Origin: Macrostomum lignano
Taxonomy: Eukaryota
Assembly: GCA_002269645.1 (NCBI GenBank)
Contig: NIVC01000538.1
Coordinates: 483,497-547,496, forward strand
Direction of reading: 5' to 3'
Length of the DNA stretch: 64,000 nt
This document shows, one piece after another, positions 1-14,065 of the stretch. The notes below the pieces were generated by a model. That model saw nothing but the letters and a program-made list of their open reading frames with translations, was not told the DNA's origin and did not search any database. Within the stretch, counting starts at the first letter, position 1, and each line of letters starts with the position of its first letter. The translations under genes were made by a program, and so were the position numbers.

Positions 1-187
1 ACTCTGTTAATATTTGACTGCCTTAACAACCTAATTCTTAGCACAATTTTTCACTTTCTTCTTGGCGATTGTCATTCAATAATAAAAACTTTATAGCGCG
101 TATCTCCCTCTAGTTATGGAGACAAAAAGTTATACTTCACAAATTGGTTCTGGTTCTGGAACCAGAACAAGCAATATGAAAAGGCCC
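1..187 (-). mobile_element. Partial inverted copy of the Harbinger-like MITE found at 11125-11308 (cut by window start)
   Basis: 1-187 is the near-identical reverse complement of 11125-11308 and ends in the TIR AATATGAAAAGGCCC. Confidence 0.75.
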
Positions 188-721
188 CATGTGCATTTTC
201 CATATATGAAATCTAACTCGACGGGGGCGGGCGCCCCGCCCCCCCCCCCTAAATCGTCACTGAACCTGCCCCCCCCACTTTTTGAAACGTTCCTACGCCG
301 TATCTTTTGCTTACTATCTTACTTAATCTGCTCATATTAGAAGCAAAACCGGAAATCGAGGTTTTTCTAGCTCATTCTGTCAATAACCACTTTAAAATCT
401 TGCAATTCCTTTATTTTAATTTGTAAACCTTTTTATTTCCTAAATCCTGTTAGAAGAATGAAGATGGCCAAAGTTTGAATACCGGAATATGGTCAAGTGG
501 GAATACACTGCAGTGTTGTGTTAATGCACAGCAGTTAATGCAAGTTAATGTTAATAAATGCAAAGACGGAAATCCGAAAGTATAGATGTTCAATCAGCTC
601 AATTTACTAGAAACACACTCCATGGAACATCACAGAATCACGTAATTTATATTTATGGCAAGACATCAACAGTCGTTAAACTGATTCTGTTAAAATTGAC
701 CAACGCGAAAAAAGCAAAAAA

Positions 722-3291
722 TCAATCAAATACATAAGAATCCAATTGCCCATTCATCGCTTTACCAGTATCAAGAGCTTTGTCGTACGACGCTGGTGGA
801 TCAAGCATTTTTTCAAGACCAGTCCTGCTGCCCATGATAAGCAGCTCAAAGTCCCGGTTGCGCTGCAGCAGCCGCATCTGATAGTTAAACGTGGCCAGGC
901 GCAAGTGTGGAACAAAGCCGCCAATCACGTAGGCGTTTTCACCCACTTTAGTTCGGGCAACGTACACTGGCAAACCCTGGCGGGTGCCGGCGATAAGAGC
1001 GTTGTCTGGCACCTCGCGGGAGCTCTGCCAGGCCAGCCAGTGGTGTGAGTCGATATCGAAATTTAACAAGCCAGTATAGATTAGCACCTGAAAGTTTTAT
1101 GGTGAGTTTACCATCACCGTCTCCCGATGCCCACACTGCACCCACAGACACATCACCGTCTCCCCGATACCCAAACTGCACCCACAGACACATCACCGTC
1201 TCCCCGATACCCACACTGCACCCACAGACACATCACCGTCTCCCCGATACCCAAACTGCACCCACAGACACATCACCGTCTCCCCGATACCCACACTGCA
1301 CCCACAGACACATCACCGTCTCCCCGATACCCACACTGCACCCACAGACACATCACCGTCTCCCCGATACCCACACTGCACCAATAGACCCATCACCGTC
1401 TCCCCGATACCCACACTGCACCCACAGACACATCACCGTCTCCTCGATACCCACACTGCATCCACAGACACATCACCGTCTCCCCGATACCCACACTGCA
1501 CCCACAGACACATCACCGTCTCCCCGATACCCACACTGCACCAACAATAGACCCATCACCGTCTCCCCGATACCCACACTGCACCCACAGACACATCACC
1601 GTCTCCCCGATACCCACACTGCACCCACAGACACATCACCGTCTCCCCGATACCCACACTGCACCAACAATAGACCCATCACCGTCTCCCCGATACCCAC
1701 ACTGCACCCACAGACACATCACCGTCTCCCCGATACCCACACTGCACCAACAATAGACCCATCACCGTCTCCCCGATACCCACACTGCACCCACAGACAC
1801 ATCACCGTCTCCCCGATACCCACACTGCACCCACAGACACATCACCGTCTCCCCGATACCCACACTGCACCCACAGACACATCACCGTCTCCCCGATACC
1901 CACACTGCACCCACAGACACATCACCGTCTCCCCGATACCCACACTGCACCCACAGACACATCACCGTCTCCCCGATACCCACTGCACTGCACCCACAGA
2001 CACATCACCGTCTCCCCGATACCCACAATACACCCACAGACACGTCAACGTCTCCCCGATACCCACAATACCCCCACAGACACATCACCGTCTCCCCGAT
2101 ACCCACAATACACCCACAGACACGTCAACGTCTCCCCGATACCCAAACTGCACCCACAGACACATCAATGTCTCCCCGATACCCACACTGCACCCACAGA
2201 CACATCACTGTCTCCTCGATACCCACACTGCATCCACAGACACATCACCGTCTCCCCGATACCCACACTGCACCCACAGACACATCACCGTCTCCCCGAT
2301 ACCCACACTGCACCCACAGACACATCACCGTCTCCCCGATACCCACTGCACTGCACCCACAGACACATCACCGTCTCCCCGATACCCACAATACCCCCAC
2401 AGACACGTCAACGTCTCCCCGATACCCACAATACCCCCACAGACACATCACCGTCTCCCCGATACCCACACTGCACCCACAGACACATCACCGTCTCCCC
2501 GATACCCACAATACACCCACAGACACGTCAACGTCTCCCCGGTACCCACAATACACCCACAGACACATCACCGTCTCCCCGATACCCAAACTGCACCCAA
2601 AGACACATCACCGTCTCCCCGATACCCACACTGCACCCACAGACACATCACCGTCTCCTCGATACCCACACTGCACCCACAGACACATCAATGTCTCCCC
2701 GATACCCACAATACACCCACAGACACGTCAACGTCTCCCCGATACCCAAACTGCACCCACAGACACATCACAGTCTCCCCGATACCCACACTGCACCCAC
2801 AGACACATCACCGTCTCCCCGATACCCACACTGCACTCACAGACACATCACCGTCTCCCCGATACCCACACTGCACTCACAGACACTCAACTGCAGTTCA
2901 GTCAGCAGTCACATGTACACCCACAGAGACCCGTAGAAGCAACAATCCGCGCTCAAACCTCGAAGTCTTTGCAGCGCACGCAGCTGTCAAACGAGGCGGC
3001 GAACAGCTGCAGACCGGTGGCCACAGGTATGGAGGTCGATTCATCAGCCACGGCGCCGCTGCCGATCAAGAAGTACCCGGGGCACCACTCGCTGTCGCAC
3101 AGTGCCCGGCCGACGCACACCATCCCGCCTGGAGGACAGTCGTGAATCATCGTATGCGCCACCCCGACAGTTGTCGCGCTGGCCGGGATGACCAGCTCGG
3201 ATAGGCGCTGGCACGAGTGAATCAGCTGCCTCTGACACCAGCTCAACCTGAGCTCCTTAGACATGCCGCTAGCGCTGAACACTGTTGACAT
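722..3291 (-). CDS. DM9-repeat (DUF3421-like) protein; exons ~3291-2959 and 1087-~766/722
   Basis: Exon 1087-722 reads W..SSREVPDNALIAGTRQGLPVYVAR..GG..RDFELL, the DM9 pattern. The upstream exon has IPASATTVG..VCVGRA..PG..KDFE. Donor gag|gtttga (2959/2958) and acceptor tttcag|gtg (1088/1087) join in phase 0 to give DFE-VL. Start codon and 3' end are uncertain. Confidence 0.62.
1112..2890. repeat. 40-bp minisatellite (catcaccgtctccccgatacccacactgcacccacagaca), ~44 copies, filling the DM9 intron
   Basis: Visible tandem periodicity. Confidence 0.97.
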
Positions 3292-3521
3292 TGCCGCAAT
3301 ATTCAACGTTCGAGTGCTAAGCGATCGTACACACAAAGTATTTGGGAATCGTCTTTATAGGGTGGCAGAAATGTTAAAGCTGATTTTTCGTTTCAAAGCC
3401 GCGGTGTCCAGTCGTACGATTAGGTCTATGGCCAAAACTGATTCATTTGAATAGCGGGGTTTGGGTTGGAGCAGCGGGTTCCATTTTCTGGCCAGATTCA
3501 GAAAGTCGATTTGTTAATCGA

Positions 3522-5083
3522 TGAATCATTGGTGTCAGTAACCTGAATCATTGATGTCAGTAACCTGAATCATTGGTGTCAGTAACCCGAATCATTGGTG
3601 TCAGTAACCTGAATCATTGGTGTCAGTAACCTGAATCATTGGTGTCAGTAACCCGAATCATTGGTGTCAGTAACCTGAATCATTGGTGTCAGTAACCTGA
3701 ATCATTGGTGTCAGTAACCTGAATCATTGGTGTCAGTAACCTGAATCATTGATGTCAGTGACCTGAATCATTGGTGTCAGTAACCTGAATCATTGGTGTC
3801 ACTGACCTGAATCATTGATGTCAGTAACCTGAATCATTGGTGTCAGTAATCTGAATCATTGATGTCAGTAACCTGAATCATTTATGTCAGTAACCTGAAT
3901 CATTGGTGTCAGTAACCTGAATCATTGGTGTCAGTAACCTGAATCATTGATGTCAGTAACCTGAATCATTGTTGGTGTCAGTAACCTGAATCATTGATGT
4001 CAGTAACCTGAATCATTGGTGTCAGTAACCTGAATCATTGGTGTCAGTAACCTGAATCATTTATGTCAGTAACCTGAATCATTGGTGTCAGTAACCTGAA
4101 TCATTGGTGTCACTGACCTGAATCATTGGTGTCAGTAACCTGAATCATTGATGTCAGTAACCTGAATCATTGATGTCAGTAACCTGAATCATTTATGTCA
4201 GTAACCTGAATCATTGATGTCAGTAACCTGAATCATTGGTGTCACTGACCTGAATCATTGATGTCAGTAACCTGAATCATTGATGTCAGTGACCTGAATC
4301 ATTTATGTCAGTAACCTGAATCATTGGTGTCAGTGACCTGAATCATTGATGTCAGTAACCTGAATCATTGATGTCAGTAACCTGAATCATTGGTGTCAGT
4401 AACCTGAATCATTGATGTCAGTAACCTGAATCATTTATGTCAGTAACCTGAATCATTGGTGTCAGTAACCTGAATCATTGGTGTCACTGACCTGAATCAT
4501 TGGTGTCAGTAACCTGAATCATTGATGTCAGTAACCTGAATCATTTATGTCAGTAACCTGAATCATTGATGTCAGTAACCTGAATCATTGGTGTCACTGA
4601 CCTGAATCATTGATGTCAGTAACCTGAATCATTGATGTCAGTGACCTGAATCATTTATGTCAGTAACCTGAATCATTGGTGTCAGTGACCTGAATCATTG
4701 ATGTCAGTAACCTGAATCATTGATGTCAGTAACCTGAATCATTGGTGTCAGTAACCTGAATCATTGGTGTCAGTGACCTGAATCATTGGTGTCACTGACC
4801 TGAATCATTGGTGTTAGTAACCTGAATCATTGATGTCAGTAACCTGAATCATTTATGTCAGTAACCTGAATCATTGATGTCAGTAACCTGAATCATTGGT
4901 GTCACTGACCTGAATCATTGATGTCAGTAACCTGAATCATTGATGTCAGTGACCTGAATCATTTATGTCAGTAACCTGAATCATTGGTGTCAGTAACCTG
5001 AATCATTGGTGTCAGTAACCTGAATCATTGGTGTCAGTAACCTGAATCATTGGTGTCAGTAACCTGAATCATTGGCGTCAGTA
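3522..5083. repeat. 22-bp minisatellite (ctgaatcattggtgtcagtaac), ~70 copies
   Basis: Visible tandem periodicity with a few variant units (gat/ggt/tat, cac/cag). Confidence 0.97.
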
Positions 5084-5780
5084 GAACGGACCTAAATCAG
5101 TGAAATTAAGATAGATACAGCACTCATTAACCCATGCCCAGTGTTAGGGCATCAATGATAAAGAATGAACGGCAGAAGGTCAAACAGTACAGTTAAGGTC
5201 ATCTACTGTTAAGCCATGCAGTTGGCAATAGGACCAATCAAGTTATACATATAATTATACAACTGAGTTGCGTATATTTAAAACCAGGAAAAACAATGCA
5301 TACTGGCTAATGACACGTGTCAGCAATATTGTGTAATACTCGTATTTCTATACACAATCGTACCATAGGCCAACATATCTGAGCGATTTTCCACATCCTT
5401 TGAAAATTTGGTGTTTAATTATAACAAGCAAGGAACACAAGGATAAATCTCTAAGCTATCGAGGTTGCATTAGGCTTAAAAGACCAAGAGAATTCAAAAC
5501 GTTACAAGTCGCAGTTCTATTGTTATAATTTGAGAAACGTAAAGTAGCTTAAAAAATTTCGCATTAAGAGTAGGAAAAAAGACAGAGCGCATAAAACAGT
5601 ACAGGCGCGGGTTAAAACTGGGTAAAAACAAATAGCCAAATAAATACCAACAGACTCGCGACCTTGGGTGCAGTCACTGCCAACCCAAATCAAATTATTG
5701 AATATGCACCCAGTGTAGCCAAGCAGAGCATTTCTAACTGGACTGTACCTTGTAGGCATGATTGGCGATGCAAGATTTGA

Positions 5781-6968
5781 AGAGCTGGGATCACAATGGG
5801 GATCTGGGATAAGAATTGAGGATATGGGATCAGAATGGGGATCTGGGATAAGAATTGAGGATATGGGATCAGAATGGGGATCTGGGATAAGAATCGAGGA
5901 TATGGGATCAGAATGGGGATCTGGGATAAGAATCGAGGATATGGGATCAGAATTGGGGATCTGGGATAAGAATTGAGGATATGGGATCAGAATGGGGATC
6001 TGGGTTCTGGGATAAGAATTGAGGATATGGGATCAGAATTGGGGATCTGGGATAAGAATTGAGGATATGGGATCAGAATGGGGATCTGGGTTCTGGGATA
6101 AGAATTGAGGATATGGGATCAGAATTGGGATCTGGGATAAGAATCGAGGATATGGGATCAGAATGGGGATCTGGGATAAGAATCGAGGATATGGGATCAG
6201 AATTGGGGATCTGGGATAAGAATTGAGGATATGGGATCAGAATGGGGATCTGGGATCAGAATTGAGAATATGGGATCAGAATGGGGATCTGGGTTCTGGG
6301 ATAAGAATTGAGGATATGGGATCAGAATTGGGGATCTGGGATAAGAATTGAGGATATGGGATCAGAATGGGGATCTGGGTTCTGGGATAAGAATTGAGGA
6401 TATGGGATCAGAATTGGGGATCTGGGATAAGAATTGAGGATATGGGATCAGAATTGGGGATCTGGGATAAGAATTGAGGATATGGGATCAGAATGGGGAT
6501 CTGGGATAAGAATCGAGGATATGGGATCAGAATGGGGATCTGGGATCAGAATTGAGAATATGGGATCAGAATGGGGATCTGGGATAAGAATTGAGGATAT
6601 GGGATCAGAATTAGGGATCTGGGATAAGAATTGAGGATATGGGATCAGAATTGGGGATCTGGGATAAGAATTGAGGATGTGGGATCATAATTGGGGATCT
6701 GGGATAAGAATTGAGGATGTGGGATCATAATTGGGGATCTGGGATCAGAAATGAGAATCTGGAATCAGAATTGGAGATCTGGGATCAGAACTGAGAATAT
6801 GGGATCAGAATTGGGGATCTGGAATCAGAATTGAGGATATGGGATCAGAATTGGGGATCTGGGATAATTAATTGAGGATATGGGACCATAATTGGGGATC
6901 TGGAATCAGAAATGAGAATCTGGGATCAGAAGTGGGGACCTGGGATCAGAGTTGGGGATCTGGGATCA
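5781..6968. repeat. 39-bp composite minisatellite (gggatcagaatggggatctgggataagaattgaggatat)
   Basis: Tandem periodicity built from ~19-20-bp subunits with a GGGATC core. Confidence 0.95.
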
Positions 6969-7018
6969 GATTTACAAACAAAGCCGAACAAATATAATAG
7001 CCAAAACAATCGCGAACT

Positions 7019-10000
7019 TCAGACGTGATGAAAGGAGCCGCTGTCCTCGTCGTCCTCGAACTTGGCGTGTCTGGCGTTGGCCCGGCCGTCAGCCCGACCG
7101 CCGTCCTCCTCATCGTCTTCCTCTTCTTCATCATCTTCGTCGTCGTCATCGTCGTAGTCGATCTGATCGTCGTAGACTTCGAATGGCACGTCTGAGTCGT
7201 TGTTGTCCTGATCTGCGTGGCTGCCGCCGCCGAAGCCGCCGCTGCCACCGCCAACGGAAGTCGAAGTTGTCCGAGATTTCACAACGTAATCTTCGACTCG
7301 TACAGGCACAACTATGCCGTCCGCGTCCGCGTCCTTGCGGGTCAGCTCCACCTGCTTCCTGGTTGGGGCAGAGGGGCGGATTGGCGGCGGATTGAAGTGG
7401 AAGCCGAGGGCGGACTGAATGTGCGGTAGGGCGGATTGAAGACTGCGGGAGAGCGGATTGAAGACTGGGGGAGGGCGGATTGAAGACTGGGGGAGGGCGG
7501 ATTGAAGACTGGGGGATGGCGGATTGAAGACTGGGGGAGGGCGGATTGAAGACTGGGGGAGGGCGGATTGAAGACTGGGGGAGGGCGGATTGAAGACTGG
7601 GGGAGGGCGGATTGAAGACTGCGGGAGGGCGGATTGAAGACTGGGGAGGGCGGATTGAAGACTGGGGGATGGCGGATTGAAGACTGGGGGAGGGCGGATT
7701 GAAGACTGGGGGAGGGCGGATTGAAGACTGGGGAGGGCGGATTGAAGACTGGGGAGGGCGGATTGAAGACTGGGGGAGGGCGGATTGAAGACTGGGGAGG
7801 GCGGATTGAAGTCTGGGGGAGGGCGGATTGAAGTGTGGGAGGGCGGATTGAAGTCCTCCAAACTGGGGGGGGGGGCGGACTGAAGTCTGGGGGTGGGCGG
7901 ATTGAAAGGCCCACCCAAAGAAGTGAAGCAGGGGCGTCTCACTGGACAATTTTGACATAGTCATCGCCCTTGTTCTCCTTCCACTTGCGGAACATGACTG
8001 ACGCGTCCACATTGGCTGGCGAAGAAGTGTTCGGCTCGTTGAGCAGCGAGATGACGCTGAGCAGAATGGTGCGCACATTCTGAGTGGGATTCCAGCGTTC
8101 TGAGGGCAGCTCGCCGCTCACAGGGTCCTCACCAGGTGGGTGCAGGATGGAGATGCACACTTTGCCATCCTGAAATTCCACATTCAATCCTTACTGTCTG
8201 GTATTGTTCCAACATTCTAACAATATGAATTGAAGGGAACAGACCAGTCAGGCAACTTACATCGTAAATGTTCGGGTGAAACATTTTGGAGACAAACGAT
8301 ATGGATGGTGGCGAGTAAGGATAGTCTTGCGGAAACACCATCAGAGCCTGTTTAAAGATAAAGGTGTCATTAGCAAAAAATATCCTATTTGCCATAGTTG
8401 CAGCTGGTGCAACCTACTCAAGGTACAGAAGCTCCATCTGGGTGAAGGCCAATGACCAACAAAGTCAAAGCTGATGCAGACATAGCTCTCTCTAAATATA
8501 TAGGCCTATTAAAAATACTTTGAAGGTCATAGACAAAATGCATATATACATGTATACCATGTATATATACTCTAATAACTTGGTATACTAATAAATTTTC
8601 TCACTGAAACTTTGCATATTAGTGTTGACAAAATGGTATTTGCAATTTTGAAATTAGCTCTTTGAAATTGGCCACACTTAAGATAATAGCCTCTTAGGAT
8701 AAAATTTTTGTACAAAATCCTATACATATTCTATGCACACTAACAAAAACTCTCACACTTATGCATATGTAAGAACAAGCAAAAACGAAAAATTGGCTTA
8801 AGGCGTAGACCAACTCTTGGCTGCCTAGGGCGCCAAGGCATTCACTTATATATTATCATTGTACAGCGAGCAAATGTACATAAGAGCTAGTAAACATGGG
8901 CACACACAATCAACTAAGCAAACCATCTTACACATACATTACTGGCCAACTTGCACAACTCTAAAAGGTCTACATGCGCAGCTTTTATTTGTTTAAAAAA
9001 CTTGGGATTTCATTTGATAATGTTGAATATTTTATCTGTTACAATAAAACAAAGTTATTGCATTTAAAAGATTTAATTTAATTTTGGATCATGTACTATA
9101 TACCCAAAAATTTAGATATGCATTGGCCTTGGATGCTAAAAGTAGGCATATACAGTTGGTGTACATCACTCCTAAGAAAATAGTTCATGCACACCTGGTA
9201 TGCACTTTATAGAATCATAGAAAAGTTATTATAAAATAGAAAAAAGATGAAAAAAGTTCATTTTAAGCTTTAATTTCAAGCTTTCCAGTTTTTTAGCATG
9301 TAACAAAGCAATTAAACAAAAAGCAAAAAATTACCCCAATTATTTGCCAAAAAAGGCTTATTATGCAATTTAAAAAGTCTTTTATTGTCACAATGTAAAA
9401 AAAGATAATTTCTAGTAATACTAGGATAGTTTGGAGAATAAGCATGCATTCAATTTTGTTAGTATGCATTTGTAATTATTTAATTATTTATATTGTTTGG
9501 GCGTGCATTCAGCATGATCTAGACTATGGCATGGCTTAGAATAAAAAATTGGATAAAAAATTTGCATACAACTTTTTGTTCCAAAAATTCCACATAATTG
9601 CCATGCAAAGATTCCATACTTGGTAGTAACCTTTATAATAAAATCAAATTTGAAACTTTAAAACAAAGTATATGTATATCACATAATTTATTTTTATAAG
9701 ATTATTGTATAACTTTTTATTCTACATATAACAATGCCACTTATTAATTAAGTTATTGTAAAGTAAAAAGCATTAAATTAAATAAGCTAACTAAATAATA
9801 AATAAAACATAACACATTTATGTCTGATACTAAGACAGGAAAGAAACAGGTATTACAAAAATAAAATATGAAACATAACTAATATGAGCAGAAAAGAGTA
9901 TTGACATGATTTTCTAAATAGTTTTTAAGTTTGATAGCCAGCTGCCAACATAACATACCTTGAAATATCCACCTTGGTATAGTGTTCCAGGAGGACCAAA

Positions 10001-10138
10001 GATTACAACATTCCACTCAAAAATATTTTCATCATTTTTTAATTTAACCTTGAATCCTTCGACTGGCTCCTCATTTAAACTCTTAAGTTCTTGCTGCAGT
10101 GCTCTAACAGCACTTGATTGCATGTGTGCAGTAGCCAT
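7019..10138 (-). CDS. UBE2R2: Ubiquitin-conjugating enzyme E2 of the Cdc34/UBE2R family; exons 10138-9959, 8347-8261, 8169-7943, 7358-7019; 277 aa
   Basis: Spliced peptide contains [63 protein letters not shown] (catalytic Cys plus the Cdc34 acidic-loop insertion) and an acidic tail. All introns are GT-AG and the exons sum to 834 nt, in frame. Confidence 0.95.
7378..7905. repeat. 20/21-bp G-rich minisatellite (gggcggattgaagactggggga) filling UBE2R intron 3
   Basis: Tandem periodicity between donor 7942 and acceptor 7359. Confidence 0.95.
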
Positions 10139-11319
10139 TTAGACAGACCAGCAGAGCAGACGGCTGCAGACCCCGCTTTGTTTTCAAAATAACCTTTGCG
10201 AAATAACAACGAGGACGAGTGTGCACAAGACGACCAATTTAATAATACAATGAGGGCTAGCTGAGTTAGCTAACCGGTTTTAATAAAACAACTGATGAGC
10301 AAAATGTATGACAGTACAGTATTAGTATGACTTCTCCACTGGCTTCAGCGCAGGCCTTCCAGTTCCAGTCCAGTCCAAATTTCAAATTCCAGAATTCCAG
10401 GAACTACTCAGCAATTCAGTTGAATTGTTACCGTTTTAAGCTGTTTGATTTTAGTTTGGTTTTTTTAGACGTGTGTCAGTCTGCTGTTTTTTAATGTATT
10501 GATGGTATAATCTAATACTTAAATCGCAACTGCACAAATTTGAATTAAAAAGGTTGTTATAATACGTTTAAAATAAACGAGCCTGGAAATCGATGTTTAA
10601 AATGTTGATTAATCTATAAAAACTTTTTTTGTTTTGGGTTCTTAGCAAGCTTGCTTGGTTGTGTCCTTTCAGTGACTCGTAATAGTAGAATTGAGGCTTT
10701 AAGATCCACAAATTTTATTTTCTAGGCTAAGTTTTTGTATGATGTTGCAAAAAGATAGGATCGAGAATCGAGATTGTTCCTTTGTTTTCCGCTAGTATAG
10801 AAAAATCGGTATTGTAGTGTACTTTTACTTTTGCGATAACTTCATTGTTTATGCCCCCATGCCTCTTTGCGTTAGTTTATATATGCGAGAAGTGAACCTT
10901 AAGAAGAAATAAAGTAGAAAAAAATAAGACGCGACTTGATCCGCTACAGCTGTGGTACATATACATGTATTTAACTAAACTGCTCTTTCCTGATGCAAAC
11001 GAGTCCATCAAACTCTTAAACTACTGTAATTTACACAGATATCAACTAACACTGCCGTTCTTACTTGCTTTCTTCATTTAAAAAAAATCATGTAGTTGTG
11101 TGGCTGCAGTTATTAAAAATCAATGGGCCTTTTCATATTGCTTGCTCTGGTTCCAGAACCAGAACCAATTTGTGAAGTATAACTTTTTGTCTCCATAACT
11201 AGATGGAGATACTTGCTATAAAGTTTTATTATTGAATGACAATCGCCAAGAAGAAAGTGAAAAATTGTGCTAAGTTAGGTTGTTAAGGCAGTCAAATATT
11301 AACAGAGTTTAATAGTTAT

Positions 11320-14065
11320 CCCGGGTAGCATTTTGACGTCAATTTGCGGTTGCGTTGACGTCGCAAAAATTACTTTCGCAAATCTATTCAGCCCAGCCCG
11401 TCTTCGTTGATATTTTAGTTTATTTTTGCATAATTAGATGCCAGAGTCAATATGCATTTATAGTCATCATTTTGCTAGCTCAATTATACCTGTAAAATAG
11501 CAACGAAGTAACGTAAAATATTCGTTGAAAGTAGGTTGAAAAATCAACGTCAAACTTTAGTCATTATGGAACCCAAAATTTGACGTTTCTATGCTGCATT
11601 ACTATATGATAACGTAGATTGAATGATTTTATAACGCTGAAAAAAGTAAGGGAAAAAGTAAGGCTTCGTTTTTTTACAGTTTTATTTTGTTAATACGTGT
11701 TATTAAAATCGTATATTTGAATATTTTGCTGCATGATAAATCGCTTTATATTTAATATAGATCATAAGTGGCGTTGCTTTTTTATTTAGTTAGTGTTACC
11801 AGCTATATGAAACTTCACCTTCACGATGATATCAAACGTCATCTTTCTCCTGGTTGAATATTATTCGAAATATTTTCAGCTGCCATAAAACATACCAATA
11901 GATTTTTTTGGTATAGATATAGAATGACTTAAAGCAACACCAATTACCAAATCATGGCTGATTTAGCTACTAATACAAACTTTGCTAAATTGGCTGACTA
12001 ATAAGATAGTTGCTCATTTTAATTCTACTACTTTCTCTCTCCCCATTTCCTATCAGTACTGCTGTTTGTATTGGAAATATACAGTAATAATAGCCTGGCC
12101 TACCATAAGTATTGCATTGATTAGGCCTACAACTACTAGAGTTAAACATAATTCATATCAAAATAATAATTGTCTGGAAATCAAATTCCTACATACATAC
12201 AGTTTGCAAAGAACTGCTTGATTTTCGAATCAGTCTTACTCTCAGCCTAATCATATATAATCATTGGACCTTAGATATCATATCCAAGATCCAATTTCAA
12301 ATTTTTATTTGGAAGGTGCAGTTGTTCTAGCATTTCTATCATACAAAAAAGCTTGGTATACTTGATTTGAAATTAATAATTTTTGTTTCTTAGTTTTACT
12401 AATCAGCCATTTAATGACATTATATCTATTATACATTCTAAGTTCATGTTAGGCCTAGCATTTAAAATATACTTTAGTTTCCTAGTTAGCTCATTAAAAT
12501 CTTTAGTAGGCCCTAATTTCTCATTTTAGGGCCTACAATTTCCTTAACAAACTTATGCTTAGCTATATTCTATATTAAAACATATTTATTAATGTTTTGC
12601 CCTATCAAGTAGCCTATAGCTTTTTAATCATATTTAGACATGTTTTAGACATTATTGTAGCATTGCTAAGGCACTATTGTTTAATTTATGGTTGAGCAGA
12701 TTTTTTAGTTGAATAGAAAGTCTGAACAAAAGTAAAAATCTTTATAAGATTATGTACAGAAATCCTAAGAGTCTAAGACTAAGAGTAAGGCTAAAGACTT
12801 CTGTATAATATAGTTTTGTATATTGCAATTTATGGATGTATAAAATATAACTGTACAAATGCATAAGTCAAAATCTTTTTATAACCGAATATACTTTTTT
12901 CTGCCTATTTCAGATGGCCACCTGGATGAAGAGGACAGGAGAGATTGCTACTATATGCCATCAATGATACTAATTTCAATTCGCAACTCCTAGATGAGGA
13001 GGAGAAAATTCATTCCTATGATGACATCATCCCTGCTTATTGGAACAGGTTGTCATGAAGGAACGTCAGCTAGTCAATTTGAGGAAGGAGTTGAGGAAGA
13101 GGATAACAATTCACCATTTGATTCAGTCTCCTCCAATTCAGAGACTGAGGACTATCAAGAATTTGATGTAGATCTTCTGAGTGAAAGACTGGGCAATATG
13201 CAGCAATATGCAACCACTCTCTATTTATTTATTTTACAGTTCTGTTGTTTGCTGCTTTCATCCTTATATTTGTTTCAATGACACTGTTTTCAACATTCTA
13301 TTCTGTTTTGTCAGTACTGTCGTTTTTGGCGCTATTGTAAATTTTTCAACTTTTAAAATTTAATTTATTACCATCTTTTTCATAAATTTTCATCTGCAAG
13401 CATCAACTTAATTTGTGTTAAAATAACAATTTACGAAAAAAGTAACAATAACTTCTAAATCCAATGTCTACGATGTATGTATACAAGAGAAGATGAATAT
13501 AAGGCTTTGTCCGCATGTATTCTTGTTTAATATTTTCTGGTGAAAATGTAACTTATTAGCCAGGGGCGTAGCCAAGGGGGTCATATTGGGGTCATGAACC
13601 CCCCCCCCCAGCCGGCTGATCCAAGCCAAATACAGGCAGCAGCCCCCCTCCCCCGTCGCAGAGGCCTAGCACCCCGCCCCCGGTTGCCGCTGTGACTGTG
13701 ACCCCCGGAAGGAAATTCCTAGCTACGCCACTGCTATTAGCTTCTAAAAATAAGATGTGTACAGTACTGCCTACACACATTCAAAGAAAGTTGACTTCAG
13801 AATACAAAGATAACCATCAGTCATAAAGCCGGTAACATTTGTTTTCTTAAAAGACATCATACCAGTCATTTCGTGCATTTAAAAGCCATTAAATCTATTA
13901 AAAAAAGACGGTAAAATTTCGGTACATTTTGACGTCAAAACAACGTCACAGATCCAGGTCAAAATGACGTAAAAACATCGACAGAATTGACGTCATTTCG
14001 ACGTTACACTTTGACCTATTTTCAACGTCATTTTGACGTCGCGCAACGTCACTTTGCTACCCGGG
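11320..14065. mobile_element. Non-autonomous CMC/EnSpm-like DNA transposon (2.75 kb)
   Basis: 11-bp TIRs CCCGGGTAGCA / TGCTACCCGGG; TAT on both flanks; many subterminal (G/A)ACGT motifs at 11335-11362 and 13925-14050; degenerate acidic ORF remnants at ~12914-13250. Confidence 0.7.
13561..13733. mobile_element. hAT-like MITE (173 bp)
   Basis: Termini CAGGGGCGTAGC / GCTACGCCACTG; 8-bp flanks TTATTAGC / CTATTAGC (7/8 match); GC-rich island in AT-rich context. Confidence 0.75.

Noticed and set aside
1045-3204. 719-aa and 325-aa Pro/Thr/His-rich ORFs (mucin-like)
   Set aside because: Produced by a stop-free 40-bp minisatellite that cycles through all three frames; it lies in the intron of an opposite-strand gene.
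3522-5083. Short regular repeats resembling a CRISPR array (also 32397-36090, 42759-43548, 57560-61228)
   Set aside because: Units are head-to-tail with no unique spacers, there are no cas genes, and the context is eukaryotic.
7019-8078. 307-310-aa Pro/Ser-rich ORFs
   Set aside because: Read-through of the UBE2R intron 3 minisatellite; only the UBE2R exon portions are real.
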